A stretch of 64,000 nt of DNA from an uncultured delta proteobacterium (lineage in GTDB: Bacteria > Myxococcota_A > Polyangia > Fen-1088). The translations under genes and the position numbers were made by a program. Under the pieces are notes generated by a model. That model did no database searches. It saw only the letters and a program-made list of their open reading frames with translations, and was not told the DNA's origin. Location: the NCBI GenBank assembly GCA_963767925.1, contig CAVYGB010000001.1:352001-416000 (forward strand), in the 5' to 3' direction. Positions 47,905 through 57,796 of this stretch are shown here, piece after piece (position 1 is the first letter of the stretch; every line of letters starts with the position of its first letter).

Positions 47905-50900
47905 GTGCCAAAGGAAGCGAGGTCCCGGGCGGCGGATGGCCTTGTCTCCCATTTGGGGGACGGGCGGCCCTGGTGCGCGCGTGGGCTGGCGGGGGTGGTG
48001 CTGGTTGTTGCGCTGGTGGGGGGGGCGCCTGTGGCGCGGGGGCTCGATCCGACGCGGCCGCTGGCGGCGTTCACGGTCGAGGCCTGGCGGGTGAGCGATG
48101 GGTTGCCGGGGGCCTGGGTGCGGGGGGTGGCGCAGACGGCGGAGGGATACCTGTGGGTCGCGACTTACGGCGGGGTGGCCCGCTACGGCGGCGACCGGGT
48201 GCTCACGGTGCCGGCGGAGCGGCCGTTCGAGCGGCTCTCGGACGTCAAGGGGGTGCTGGCGGCGGGAGACGGGCGGCTGTGGATCGCGCCGGCGGAGGGT
48301 GATCCGGTGTGCTGGCGGGCGGGGGCGCTGGCGCCTTGCCTGGCGGGCGGGCACAGGCTGGGCGCGGCGCCGGTGGCGCGCATCGAGGCGCTCGCGGGCG
48401 ACGCCGATGGGACGGTCTGGATCGCGGCGAGCGGCGGGCTGTTCCGGGTGGGGCGTGACGGGGTGCCGGCGCGGGTGCTCGACCGCGGCGCGCCTCCCCC
48501 CGGACCGATCGCGGCGCTGGCCCGCGATGGGCGCGGCGGGCTCTGGATCGGAGCGGCCGGCGGTCTCTACCTCGCGCGGCCAGAGCCGGACGCCACGACG
48601 AACGGGGCGGGCGTCCCCGGCGGAGGAGCGGTTCGTGGGGTGGCGTCGGCGACGGGTGAACGGTCCGGCGATCAGCCGAGGCCGGCGACGGGTGCGCCCT
48701 CGCGTGAGCCGCCGGCGATCGGGCCGGTGGCGGCGTGGACGCTGGGGGCGGTGGGGGCGATCTTCGCGGACCGGAGCGGGGGGCTCTGGGTGGCGGGGGT
48801 GGGCGGGCTGATGCGGCTGGGGCCGGGGGCGGGCGGGGCCAGGGACGGCGGGGGGGCGATCGAGGTTCACGATCGGGCGCGGGGGTGGCCGGGGGGGCGG
48901 CCGACGGGGGGGCTCGAGGATGCGGACGGGAACCTCTGGATCGCCACACGCGCGGGGCTGGTGCGGCTTCGCGAGGGGCGGTTCTCGCGGTACGGCCAGG
49001 CCGACGGGTTGCCCGACGAGGATCTCACGGCGATCTTCGAGGATCGGGAGGGGAGCCTCTGGCTGGGGACGCGCGGGGCGGGGCTGGTGCAGGTCACGGA
49101 CCGCACGCTCGACAGCCAGGCCGGGCCGCCTTCGCTGCGAAACGCCTTTATCAGCGCCCTGTGCGAGGCGGACGATGGGGCGCTGTTCGTCGCCACCGGG
49201 GCCGGGCTGGTGCGCTGGAAAGACGGCCAGGAGACGCGGTTCGGTCAGGCGCAGGGGTTGCCGAGCGACAACGTGTTGACGGTACATCCGGCGGCGGCCG
49301 ACGGCGCGCGGACCGGCGGTCCGGGGCCCGGGACGGGCGGGGTCTGGGTCGGCACGGACAGGGGGCTGGCGCGCTGGCGCGACGGGACGATCGATCGGCC
49401 GTTCGCGATCGACGCGGCGGTGTCGTCCCTGTATGTCGATGCGACCGGCGTGACCTGGGTGGGGAGCGCGCGGGGGTTGATCCGCGTGCAGGGGGGCGAG
49501 CACGCGGTGATCCCCTCGGCGCCGGAGCTCGAGGGGACCGAGATACGCGGGATCAACCACGACGACGGGGGGATCCTCTGGGCCTCGGCGGGGGGGCGGC
49601 TGGCCAGGCTGGAGGGGGGCGCGCTGCGATCGGCGCGGCTGATCATCGACGGCAGCCCGGTCATGCGGGTGCGCGCGCTCCACCGCGACGAGGCGGGGGC
49701 CCTCTGGGTAGCGACGGCGGGCGGGCTGGCCCGGCGGGCGGGCGGGCGCTGGCGCATGTTCACGATGGCCGACGGCCTGCCCGGGCACGAGCTGTTCCAG
49801 ATGGTGTCCGACGGGCACGGGTTCCTCTGGGCGGGCACCAGCCACGGCATCCTGCGTATCCCCGGCCGCACGCTGGTGAAGGGACCGCCCGACGGGGGGC
49901 CGCGCCTGGGCCTGGTGCTGTACGACACCTCGGGGCAGCGGCGCGACGTCGCGGCGACCCGGACGCGACAGCCGGGGGCGATCCGCGCGGGCGACGGCAG
50001 CCTCTGGTTCGCCACCGCGCGCGGGCTGGTGCGGATCGATCCCGCGCGCATGCGGCTGCGGCAGGTGGCGCCGACGGTGCGGATCGAGTCGGCGGTGCTC
50101 GACGGGCGGCCGGCGCGGCCGGGGGTGGACAACCACTTCGGGCCCGGGGCGGGGAACCTCGAGGTGCGGTTCGGCGCGATAACGTTGCTCGAGCCGCGCA
50201 AGGCGCGCCACCGCTACCGGCTGGAGGGGTTCGACCCGGGCTGGAACGAAGCGGGCGACCGCCGGACGGCCCATTACACGAACCTCCCGGCGGGGCACTA
50301 CCGCCTGCGGGTGCAGGGGAGCAACGCCGACGGGGCCTGGAACGAGGCGGGCGACACGCTCGAGCTGACGCTGGCGCCGCACTTTCACCGCACCGCCTGG
50401 TTTTACGGGCTGGTCGGGCTGCTGGTGCTCGGGGTGGGGTTCGCGGCCCACCGGCTGCGGGTCAGCCGGGTGCGCAGCGGGTTCGCCGCGACGCTGGCCG
50501 AGCGCAACCGCATCGCGCGCGAGCTGCACGATTCGCTGCTGCAGGGGATGGCGGCGGCGGCGATGCGGCTGCGCGGCCTGCGCAAGCGCGTGACCGGCGC
50601 GGGCGGCAACGCCCCCGATCCGCAGGCGGTGGGGCAGGAGCTGCGCGAGGTCGAGGCGCTGGTGGCGGCGAGCATCGTGGAGACCCGCCAGACGGTCATG
50701 GGGCTGCGCGAGCCGGCCGGCCCGGCGCCCGGCCTGGGGCCCGCGCTGACGGCGCTGGTCCGGCAGCTCGCCGAGGGCACCCCGGTGGCGACCGAGGTGA
50801 CGGTGGAGGGCCCGGTCCGCCCGCTCCGCCCGGCGCTGCACCACGAGCTCACGCGGATCGCGGGCGAGGCGGTGAAGAACGCCTTGCTGCACGCGGCGCC

Positions 50901-51174
50901 GACGCAGATAAATGTGGCGCTCTGCTACCGGCCCGACGCCCTCACGCTCTCGGTGCGCGACGATGGCCGCGGCTTCGATCCGGCGCTGGCCCCGGCGGCC
51001 GGGGACGGCCACTTCGGCCTGCTCGGCATCCGGGAGCGGGCCGCCCGCCTCGGGAGCCTGGAGCTGGCCAGCGCGCCCGATCGCGGCACCCATCTGGCGA
51101 TCACCGTGAACGGCCCCTACGTCGAGGCGCCGGCCTGGCCCAGCGGCGACGGCGACCCGAAGGACTTGGGATGA
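47905..51174 (+). CDS. sensor histidine kinase with beta-propeller and Y_Y_Y domains (HisKA_3); start uncertain
   Basis: Repeated DG.LWIAT..GL blades, YTNLPAGHY, TM, ERNRIARELHDSLLQ, DDGRGF, GHFGLLGIRER. Confidence 0.92.
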   Translation: MPKEARSRAADGLVSHLGDGRPWCARGLAGVVLVVALVGGAPVARGLDPTRPLAAFTVEAWRVSDGLPGAWVRGVAQTAEGYLWVATYGGVARYGGDRVLTVPAERPFERLSDVKGVLAAGDGRLWIAPAEGDPVCWRAGALAPCLAGGHRLGAAPVARIEALAGDADGTVWIAASGGLFRVGRDGVPARVLDRGAPPPGPIAALARDGRGGLWIGAAGGLYLARPEPDATTNGAGVPGGGAVRGVASATGERSGDQPRPATGAPSREPPAIGPVAAWTLGAVGAIFADRSGGLWVAGVGGLMRLGPGAGGARDGGGAIEVHDRARGWPGGRPTGGLEDADGNLWIATRAGLVRLREGRFSRYGQADGLPDEDLTAIFEDREGSLWLGTRGAGLVQVTDRTLDSQAGPPSLRNAFISALCEADDGALFVATGAGLVRWKDGQETRFGQAQGLPSDNVLTVHPAAADGARTGGPGPGTGGVWVGTDRGLARWRDGTIDRPFAIDAAVSSLYVDATGVTWVGSARGLIRVQGGEHAVIPSAPELEGTEIRGINHDDGGILWASAGGRLARLEGGALRSARLIIDGSPVMRVRALHRDEAGALWVATAGGLARRAGGRWRMFTMADGLPGHELFQMVSDGHGFLWAGTSHGILRIPGRTLVKGPPDGGPRLGLVLYDTSGQRRDVAATRTRQPGAIRAGDGSLWFATARGLVRIDPARMRLRQVAPTVRIESAVLDGRPARPGVDNHFGPGAGNLEVRFGAITLLEPRKARHRYRLEGFDPGWNEAGDRRTAHYTNLPAGHYRLRVQGSNADGAWNEAGDTLELTLAPHFHRTAWFYGLVGLLVLGVGFAAHRLRVSRVRSGFAATLAERNRIARELHDSLLQGMAAAAMRLRGLRKRVTGAGGNAPDPQAVGQELREVEALVAASIVETRQTVMGLREPAGPAPGLGPALTALVRQLAEGTPVATEVTVEGPVRPLRPALHHELTRIAGEAVKNALLHAAPTQINVALCYRPDALTLSVRDDGRGFDPALAPAAGDGHFGLLGIRERAARLGSLELASAPDRGTHLAITVNGPYVEAPAWPSGDGDPKDLG

Positions 51175-51208
51175 CGGCGCTCGGACGCAGACGGCCACCG
51201 GAGAGGCG

Positions 51209-51844
51209 ATGACGGCGGCGGGGAAGATCCGGGTGCTCGTGGTCGACGATCACGCGGTCGTGCGGGTGGGGGTGCGGACGCTGGTCAACGCGGAGGTGGA
51301 TATGGAGGTGGTGGCGGAGGCGGGGGACGCGCCGGGCGCGCTGGCCGCCTACCAGGAGCACCGGCCCGACGTCGTGCTGCTGGACCTACGGATGCCCGAC
51401 GTCAGCGGGGCGTCGCTGATCCAGCGCCTGCGCGCGCTGGATCCCGGGGCGCGCATCATCGTGCTGACCAGCTACGACGCGGGGGAGGACGTGTATCAGG
51501 CGGTGCGGGCCGGGGCGCAGGCCTATCTGCTGAAGGGGACCTTCCCCGACGGCATCCTCGAGGCGGCGATCCGCCGGGTGCACGCGGGCGAGCAGGTGAT
51601 CCCGGCGGAGGTGGCGGCCCGCCTGGCCGAGCGGGTGGCCGAGGCGCCGCTGACGCCGCGGGAGATCGCCGTGCTCGAGCTGGTGGCCAAGGGGCTGAGC
51701 AACCGGGAGATCGGGGCGGTGCTGCGCACGAGCGCGGGGACGGTGAAGACCCACCTCAAGCGGATCTTCGTGAAGATGGGGGTCACCGACCGCACCGAGG
51801 CCGCCCTGCAGGCGGTCCAGCGGGGTTTGGTCGGGTTGCGGTAG
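51209..51844 (+). CDS. NarL/LuxR family response regulator
   Basis: VVDDH, LLDLRMP, YLLK; LTPREIAVL...GLSNREIG...TVKTH. Confidence 0.95.
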   Translation: MTAAGKIRVLVVDDHAVVRVGVRTLVNAEVDMEVVAEAGDAPGALAAYQEHRPDVVLLDLRMPDVSGASLIQRLRALDPGARIIVLTSYDAGEDVYQAVRAGAQAYLLKGTFPDGILEAAIRRVHAGEQVIPAEVAARLAERVAEAPLTPREIAVLELVAKGLSNREIGAVLRTSAGTVKTHLKRIFVKMGVTDRTEAALQAVQRGLVGLR

Positions 51845-51878
51845 GGCGCTGCGCGGTTCGACCCGCGAACGCCGGAGG

Positions 51879-52048
51879 CCCCTCAACCCTCCCTCTCCCC
51901 GCTGCCGCGGGGCGAGGGCGAACGATTGGCTAGATGCCGCGATCAACATCCCGGGCGGGGATCCCCGGCGGCTTCGTCCGAGCCTTTTCGCCATCGGGTT
52001 GTGCGTTCGCCCTCGCCCCGCGCAGCGGGGAGAGGGAGGGGTGAGGGG
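51879..52048. repeat. inverted pair of REP-like palindromes
   Basis: cccctcaaccctccctctccccgctgccgcggggcgagggcgaacg (51879-51924) and its near-perfect inverse (52004-52048), between convergent genes. Confidence 0.75.
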
Positions 52049-52171
52049 TCCGGCCAGGCCGCACGCTGCTACGGGCTCGCGGCGGCTGGTGGTGCCGACG
52101 CGGGCGCTGCCGGGCGGTGGGGGTGGGGGCGAACACCCCGCGGACCACCACTTCCTGCGCCTGGGCTCGCG

Positions 52172-53395
52172 TCAGCAACACGGCGGTCGCTTCGCGACGA
52201 GCACCAGGATCCCCGCCTCCACGACGAGCTGATCCGGCGCGGCCACCTCGCCGGCCGCCAGGACGCCGGGCGCGGCCGGCGGCACCTCCGCGGCGAAGGC
52301 CGTCGTTCCCAGCCAGCGACCCGCGAAGCGCGCGCGGCTCATCCGTTCGCCGAGGGGGCCTTGCTCGGCGGGCGGCCGGGGCACCAGCGCTCGGGCCCGC
52401 CGCACGTCACATGCGACCTCCATGCCGGACGCCGCGAAGATCTCGCTCAGGCGCTCGGAGAGGGCCTGGGCGGACGAGATCTGGCGCAGCTCGAGCGGCA
52501 GCTTGGCGCCGCCTTGCGCCTGACTCAACATCAGCCAGGCGTTGAGCAGGAGCCGCTTGTAGGCAAACGCCTCGGGTTCGTCCTCGCCCAGCAGGGCCAG
52601 CGCCCGCGCCGCTTCGGCGCTGGCCGGCGACAGCTCGTCCTCGCCCGGCCGGACGGGCCTTTCGAAGATGTCCACGTAGCGCGCCAGGCGCTCGAGGGCG
52701 GCCCGGTCGATCAGATCGGTCGGGCTCGGGCGCAGCAGCGCGATGAGGCTCCGGAGCTGGGCCGACGGCACGGACACCAGATCCTGCAAGAAGTCGAGGG
52801 GCGGCAACGCCGCCTGGAGCGCCGCGGGCAGCTCCGTCCGCACCAGCGGATCCGAGAAGCAGTCGGGCAGCAGCGCGCGCCCGTCTCGCATCTCGCGCTC
52901 ACACAACCAGCGCATGCTGGGCGCCATGTCCCAGAGCTGGACCACGCAGCCGCCGGGCTTTAGCACGCGGTGGAGCTCCCGGGCCACCGCCTCCAGATCG
53001 ACGACGTCGAGCACGCACAGCCCCAGCACCCCCGCGACCGTCCCGTCCGCGAAGGGCAGGGCCTCGGCGGCCGCGACCTGCACCGCCGCCTGCGGCACGG
53101 CCTGCTGAAACCTCTCGACGAACGCCGGCTCGGGCTCGGTGTGCACCATCGCTGGCAACAGGCGCTCGGGCAACCAGCGCCGGAGCTGCCCGCCGCCGCT
53201 CCCGATCTCGACCACGGGCGCGTCGCGACCGTCCAGCCCGGCGCCCTCGAGCGCGGCCTCGACCACCCGCCGGGCGGCCGGCTCGAACAAGGTCCGCTCA
53301 CGCTGCAGGCGCTCGAGCGCCCGCAGCCCTTCCTCGTGGGCGCGACGTTCGCGCTGGCGCCTGGCCTGGCGCCGGTCCGCACGCCCCTGCTTCAC
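52172..53395 (-). CDS. class I SAM-dependent methyltransferase
   Basis: VVEIGSGGG, AEALPFADG, ELHRVLKPGG. Confidence 0.8.
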   Translation of the reverse strand: MKQGRADRRQARRQRERRAHEEGLRALERLQRERTLFEPAARRVVEAALEGAGLDGRDAPVVEIGSGGGQLRRWLPERLLPAMVHTEPEPAFVERFQQAVPQAAVQVAAAEALPFADGTVAGVLGLCVLDVVDLEAVARELHRVLKPGGCVVQLWDMAPSMRWLCEREMRDGRALLPDCFSDPLVRTELPAALQAALPPLDFLQDLVSVPSAQLRSLIALLRPSPTDLIDRAALERLARYVDIFERPVRPGEDELSPASAEAARALALLGEDEPEAFAYKRLLLNAWLMLSQAQGGAKLPLELRQISSAQALSERLSEIFAASGMEVACDVRRARALVPRPPAEQGPLGERMSRARFAGRWLGTTAFAAEVPPAAPGVLAAGEVAAPDQLVVEAGILVLVAKRPPCC

Positions 53396-53505
53396 GCTGC
53401 CCTCACGGGGAGAGTGACTACCACGCGTGCCACCCGCGAGGAAGCCACGGGCGTCGGCCCTCCGAGTTGCGCGGCTCAGCCGGCCTCCCCGCGCGGGGAG
53501 ACCCG

Positions 53506-53934
53506 CTACTCGACGACGAGCTGGATGGGCTGGCCTTCGGGCACGTGTTTCATCGAGACCGAGTTCATGCAGTAGCGCAGGCCGGTCGGCGGCGGGCCGT
53601 CGGGGAAGACGTGGCCGAGGTGGCCGTCGCAGCGGGCGCAGCGGACCTCGGTGCGCCGCATGCCGTAGGCCCGGTCCTCGATGTCGACGACCGAGTGTTC
53701 GGTGGCCGGCTTGGTGAAAGACGGCCAGCCGGTGCCCGACTCGAACTTCTGGCCTGCCAGAAACAGCGGGTTGCCACAGCCGGCGCACACATAGGTGCCG
53801 GGATCCTTGGTCCCGAGGAAGCAACCGGACCCCGGCCGCTCGGTGCCATGCTCCCGGAGCACGCCGTACTCCTCGGGGCTGAGCCGCTTGCGCCACTCCT
53901 CGTCGCTCAGGATCAGCTTGTCGACCGTGCTCAT
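53506..53934 (-). CDS. msrB: peptide-methionine (R)-S-oxide reductase
   Basis: GTERP, KFESGTGWPSF, GHLGHVFPDGP, RYCMNS. Confidence 0.97.
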   Translation of the reverse strand: MSTVDKLILSDEEWRKRLSPEEYGVLREHGTERPGSGCFLGTKDPGTYVCAGCGNPLFLAGQKFESGTGWPSFTKPATEHSVVDIEDRAYGMRRTEVRCARCDGHLGHVFPDGPPPTGLRYCMNSVSMKHVPEGQPIQLVVE

Positions 53935-54013
53935 GCCGCGAACGATAGCGCGAAAGTGCCGGGCGCGCGTTGCGGTCTCCGCACGACGCCGACCGCTTCA
54001 GCTCGCCGGGACG

Positions 54014-54238
54014 TCAGCCCGTGTAGCGGAGGGGATCGGTCTCGAACTCGGCCTTGCAGGCGAGCGAGCAGAAGCAGTAGGGCACGCCTCGGTGCTCCAC
54101 CTTCGCGGCCGCCCCGGTCGGATCCACGGCCACCCCGCAGACGGGATCTCGCGCCATCACCCGGGGTCGCTCTTCGAGCATCGGGTCCGGTGGCATCGGG
54201 TCCAGGGGCGGAAGCCCACTCTCCTCTGACTCACCCAT
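54014..54238 (-). CDS. YHS domain protein
   Basis: ARDPVCGVAV...YCFCSLACKAEFETDPLRY. Confidence 0.85.
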   Translation of the reverse strand: MGESEESGLPPLDPMPPDPMLEERPRVMARDPVCGVAVDPTGAAAKVEHRGVPYCFCSLACKAEFETDPLRYTG

Positions 54239-54424
54239 GATGCGTATCTTGCTTCAAGCTTCGTGCCGCCCCGGCGCATCACGCCTCGGGGCGGAAATCC
54301 GCGAGATCACCGGGCGGGCGTTTCAGCGGGGTAGCGTTCGGCGCGCAGGGGGCAACCCGACACGGACATCCCCCCTCAGGGCGATCGCTGGGCCAGGTGC
54401 GTCGTCGACCAGCGGGGCGCACGC

Positions 54425-55336
54425 TCAGGGGACAGTGGCGGGTGGCGTTGCCGGGGCTGATTCCTGGTAGATGGCGCCCATCTTCACCGCGGCGCGCGCG
54501 GCGGGACCGGCCGGGAGGTGGGGCGGGTGGTTGGCGTAGTCGTCGCAGGAGTCCACCGCGACCTTCGGAGCGACGGTCACCAGATCCGGGAGCTCGGCGG
54601 CCGTCCGCGCGAAGGCCTGGTCGGCCGGGGTCAGGTCGTACGCCCGGAAGGTGTCGCCAAGGGGACAGGGCTTGTCGCCGGGCGATCGGACGAAGGTGGC
54701 GAGCTCGACGTTGGCGAGGTTCGAGTACCTGGCCTTGAAGTTCTTCACGGCGGCGGCGATCTGGGCGCTCCATTCGTCGACGGAGGCCTTCTCCCAGTGG
54801 AGCGAGAGGACCGTGAGGATCACCCGGTCCGGGTTGTCCGCGTTCTTCGTGCACGGCGATGACGGCTTGCTGTCCCAGATCTTGTGGTTGGCGTCGGCCC
54901 AGTAGTTGATGAAGGCGCTGTGCACGGCCATGAGCTGCCAGCGGTCGTTGTCGACGATCTTCTCGAACCCGGCCTTGAACCAGTCGCCGGTGGCGGAGAT
55001 GCCGACGACGAGGGAGCAGGTGAACGGTCCCCGGGGGCTGGTGGGGACCGGCGCGCTCGGGCCGCGCTCGGGCGGCGGCGCCGCCGGTGGGGGCACCTCG
55101 GGCGGGGCAACAGCGGTCGGGGGCGCCTCGGTCGGGGGCGTCACGGGCGGCGGGGGCGCGACAACCGGCGGCGGCGTCGGCGCCAGGGCTGGCTCCCGAC
55201 CGGGCTGCACGGGGGCCGGGTTCACCGGCGCGTTGCCACCGCCAGGGGGCGTTGGCTCGGAGGGCGGGAGCTCGCTCGCGCCGCATGCAAGAGCCGTCAG
55301 ACCGAGGCCAAGGGTACAGAGAAGGCGATGGTTCAT
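54425..55336 (-). CDS. hypothetical lipoprotein (Pro-rich linker, SGNH-like globular domain)
   Basis: Lipobox ALAC; C-terminal D...HPPH. Confidence 0.65.
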   Translation of the reverse strand: MNHRLLCTLGLGLTALACGASELPPSEPTPPGGGNAPVNPAPVQPGREPALAPTPPPVVAPPPPVTPPTEAPPTAVAPPEVPPPAAPPPERGPSAPVPTSPRGPFTCSLVVGISATGDWFKAGFEKIVDNDRWQLMAVHSAFINYWADANHKIWDSKPSSPCTKNADNPDRVILTVLSLHWEKASVDEWSAQIAAAVKNFKARYSNLANVELATFVRSPGDKPCPLGDTFRAYDLTPADQAFARTAAELPDLVTVAPKVAVDSCDDYANHPPHLPAGPAARAAVKMGAIYQESAPATPPATVP

Positions 55337-55572
55337 GGTTTCACGCGCTGTGCTTCGTTGACGGTCTGCTGGCACTATATAGGTGACCCTTTCTCCGGAA
55401 CGTCACGAGGATCGTGGGGAATCAGCCTCTGGGCGAGGGCAGGGCGGGTTTGCCCGTCCGGCAGGGTTCCCGGTCCCGGTGGATGACGGTGTAGGCTGGC
55501 AGAGATCCAGGCTCGTCCAGCGAGACGGACCAGCCGAGGGAAGCGGACGGGAATTCGAGGCATGAAGGACCA

Positions 55573-56064
55573 ATGAATCCATCGAAACGTATCGACGAGC
55601 TGATCGCGGGACTCACGGACTGGCGGGGCAAGACCTTCGCCGGCCTCCGCAAGGTCATCCTCCAGGCCGACCGGGAGATAGTCGAGGAGTGGAAGTGGAT
55701 GGGGAGCCCCGTGTGGTCTCGCGACGGAATCATCGCCGTCGCCAACGCCCACAAGGGCAAGGTGAAGCTCACCTTCATGTACGGGGCGCGCCTCGCCGAT
55801 CCAGACGAGCTGTTCAACGCGGGCCTCGAAGGCAACGAGCGACGTGCGATCGACTTTCTCGAGGGCGACAAGATCGACAAGCTGGCTCTGCAGAACCTCA
55901 TCCGGGCCGCCATCGAGTACAACCAGAGCAAAGCGACGAAGAAGCCATCCGCGGGCGCTCGCGCGAGAGCGAAGGGGGCAGCGGCAGCCCCGAAGAGAGA
56001 GAAGGCCGCGAAAGCTGCAAAGGCGCCGCAAGCCAAGAAGGCCAAGGGCGCCAAGGAGCAATGA
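55573..56064 (+). CDS. DUF1801 domain protein
   Basis: DWRG, EEWKWMGSPVW, KLTFMYGARLADP. Confidence 0.88.
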   Translation: MNPSKRIDELIAGLTDWRGKTFAGLRKVILQADREIVEEWKWMGSPVWSRDGIIAVANAHKGKVKLTFMYGARLADPDELFNAGLEGNERRAIDFLEGDKIDKLALQNLIRAAIEYNQSKATKKPSAGARARAKGAAAAPKREKAAKAAKAPQAKKAKGAKEQ

Positions 56065-56265
56065 TCCACCGGGTGCGGGCGGCCGGTTTAGGTCACTGCG
56101 CCTGACATGACCCTGTGCCGGATAGGGTACCGCGGGTGGCCCGGCTGGCGGATCGCCCTCGTCGGTCCCTTTCGCAAAGTGGGCTCGACCTCGCATCCCT
56201 GGGCGGCGGCGATGGGCGGCGGAACCTCCCCGGTCCCACAGTCCGGACAGACGGGGAGGTGGGTG

Positions 56266-56883
56266 ATGTCGAGATGCGGGCAGTCTATCGTCCTGGCCCT
56301 GGCGGCGTTGTGGATCGGCGGGTGTGCCAGGACCACGTTCAAGTCGAGCTGGATGAACCCGACGGCCCAGTCCCAGGACCTCCAGGGCAAGCGGGTAGCG
56401 GCCTTTGTCGTCATGGATGACGAGGGCCGCCGTCGCACCGCCGAGGACGCCCTGGCGCTGGAGCTCGTCAAGCGAGGCGTGCGGGCCTTTCCGGGCTACC
56501 GGCTCACGACCCGCGAACCGGCGACAGACCTCGACGCCTTTCACGCGACGCTGCGGGAACAGAACATCGAAGGCGCCGTCGTCATGACGATCATCGGCAT
56601 CGGGCGGGAGACCCGGTACGTCCCCGGCTACCTGGTCGGCGGCCCGGGCTTCGTCGCACCCTCCGGATCCCCGGCGTACGTCAGCTGGTCTTCGGCCTAT
56701 GGCTCCGCCTATCCGATCACGACGACGAGGGTCTCGGTCGAGACAGCCGTCTACTCGGTGGCCGACGGCAAGCTGGTCTGGCGGAGCATCAGCCAGACCC
56801 TCGACCCCGTCCGGGTCAGCTCGGTCCTGAAGAATCTCACCGACAACGCCGCCAACGAGATGCAAAAGGCCCATCTCATGTGA
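56266..56883 (+). CDS. hypothetical lipoprotein (DUF4136-like)
   Basis: Lipobox IGGC; RRTAEDAL, VETAVYSV.DGKLVW. Confidence 0.7.
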   Translation: MSRCGQSIVLALAALWIGGCARTTFKSSWMNPTAQSQDLQGKRVAAFVVMDDEGRRRTAEDALALELVKRGVRAFPGYRLTTREPATDLDAFHATLREQNIEGAVVMTIIGIGRETRYVPGYLVGGPGFVAPSGSPAYVSWSSAYGSAYPITTTRVSVETAVYSVADGKLVWRSISQTLDPVRVSSVLKNLTDNAANEMQKAHLM

Positions 56884-56987
56884 ACCACCCACGACCCATG
56901 CGCGCGGGAGCGTGTCGGATCCGCGCGTTCGGCCTGGGCGAAAATTGCGGGGGCCCGGCTCGAGGTGGCCAGCCCTGGGCCGGTATT

Positions 56988-57003
56988 TGGCATCCCGGAT
57001 GCA
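56988..57003 (+). promoter_or_regulatory. sigma-54 (-24/-12) promoter
   Basis: TGGCATCCCGGATGCA, GG-N10-GC. Confidence 0.55.
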
Positions 57004-57015
57004 AAACCACACGGC

Positions 57016-57534
57016 ATGAGATCCATGCTTCTGGCGACGCTGGTTCCGATGTGTTCGCTCTTGCTCCCGATCGGGTGCGCGAGGAAGCTGCCCGCCGTGG
57101 CGACGACTCCACCGACAGCGGTGGCTCCCAAGCCGCCGCCTCCGCCGGCTACCCGAGCGGCGGTTCCTCTGCCGCAGGTGCCGAAGAAGGAGCTTCCGCC
57201 TACCGAGGTCCGGCGGGTTTCGATTCCCTTCGACTTCGACTCGTACATGTTGCGCCCCGAGGCCGGGCCGCTGCTGCAATCGCTGGCCGCCACCGCCCGG
57301 CGCGGCGATCACGCCGTGAGGATCGAAGGACATTGCGACGAGAGGGGCACGCCTGAATACAACCTGGCCCTGGGCGACGGCCGCGCGCGCTCGGCCCAGA
57401 AGTACCTCGAGCAGCTCGGCGTTCCGAAGGAGAAGACAAGTATGGTCAGCTTCGGAAGCCAGCGGCCCAAGGCGCTTGGCCACTATGAAGCCGCCTGGGC
57501 GCAAAATCGCCGCGGCGAGGTGATGATCCAGTGA
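57016..57534 (+). CDS. Pal/OmpA-family peptidoglycan-associated lipoprotein
   Basis: Lipobox PIGC; FDFDS, IEGHCDERGTPEYNLALG..RA, NRRGE. Confidence 0.88.
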   Translation: MRSMLLATLVPMCSLLLPIGCARKLPAVATTPPTAVAPKPPPPPATRAAVPLPQVPKKELPPTEVRRVSIPFDFDSYMLRPEAGPLLQSLAATARRGDHAVRIEGHCDERGTPEYNLALGDGRARSAQKYLEQLGVPKEKTSMVSFGSQRPKALGHYEAAWAQNRRGEVMIQ

Positions 57535-57796
57535 GGATCCCTCCCTGGCTGGCAGGAGCCGACAGCCCAGGCGAGGACGATGGCGCAAGCCTCGGGCGTC
57601 CGCGAGGGGGCCCGCTGCAGCTCGGTGGGAGCGTCGCAGCCCGTGGCGTGGCAATTCGCCCCGGATGGCGGTTCGCCACGGGGCGCGGCGCCTCTGACGC
57701 CGGCAACCAGCCGGTGGCGCTTGGCCCGCCGCCCTGCGCTGTGGTCCCGGGGCTGTGGCACGTTCCTTGGAGCTTCGACGCCGGGGAGCACGGATC

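Noticed and set aside
47746..51198. 1150-aa minus-strand ORF and many similar long Arg/Pro-rich ORFs
   Set aside because: These are GC-bias shadows opposite, or out of frame with, well-supported genes
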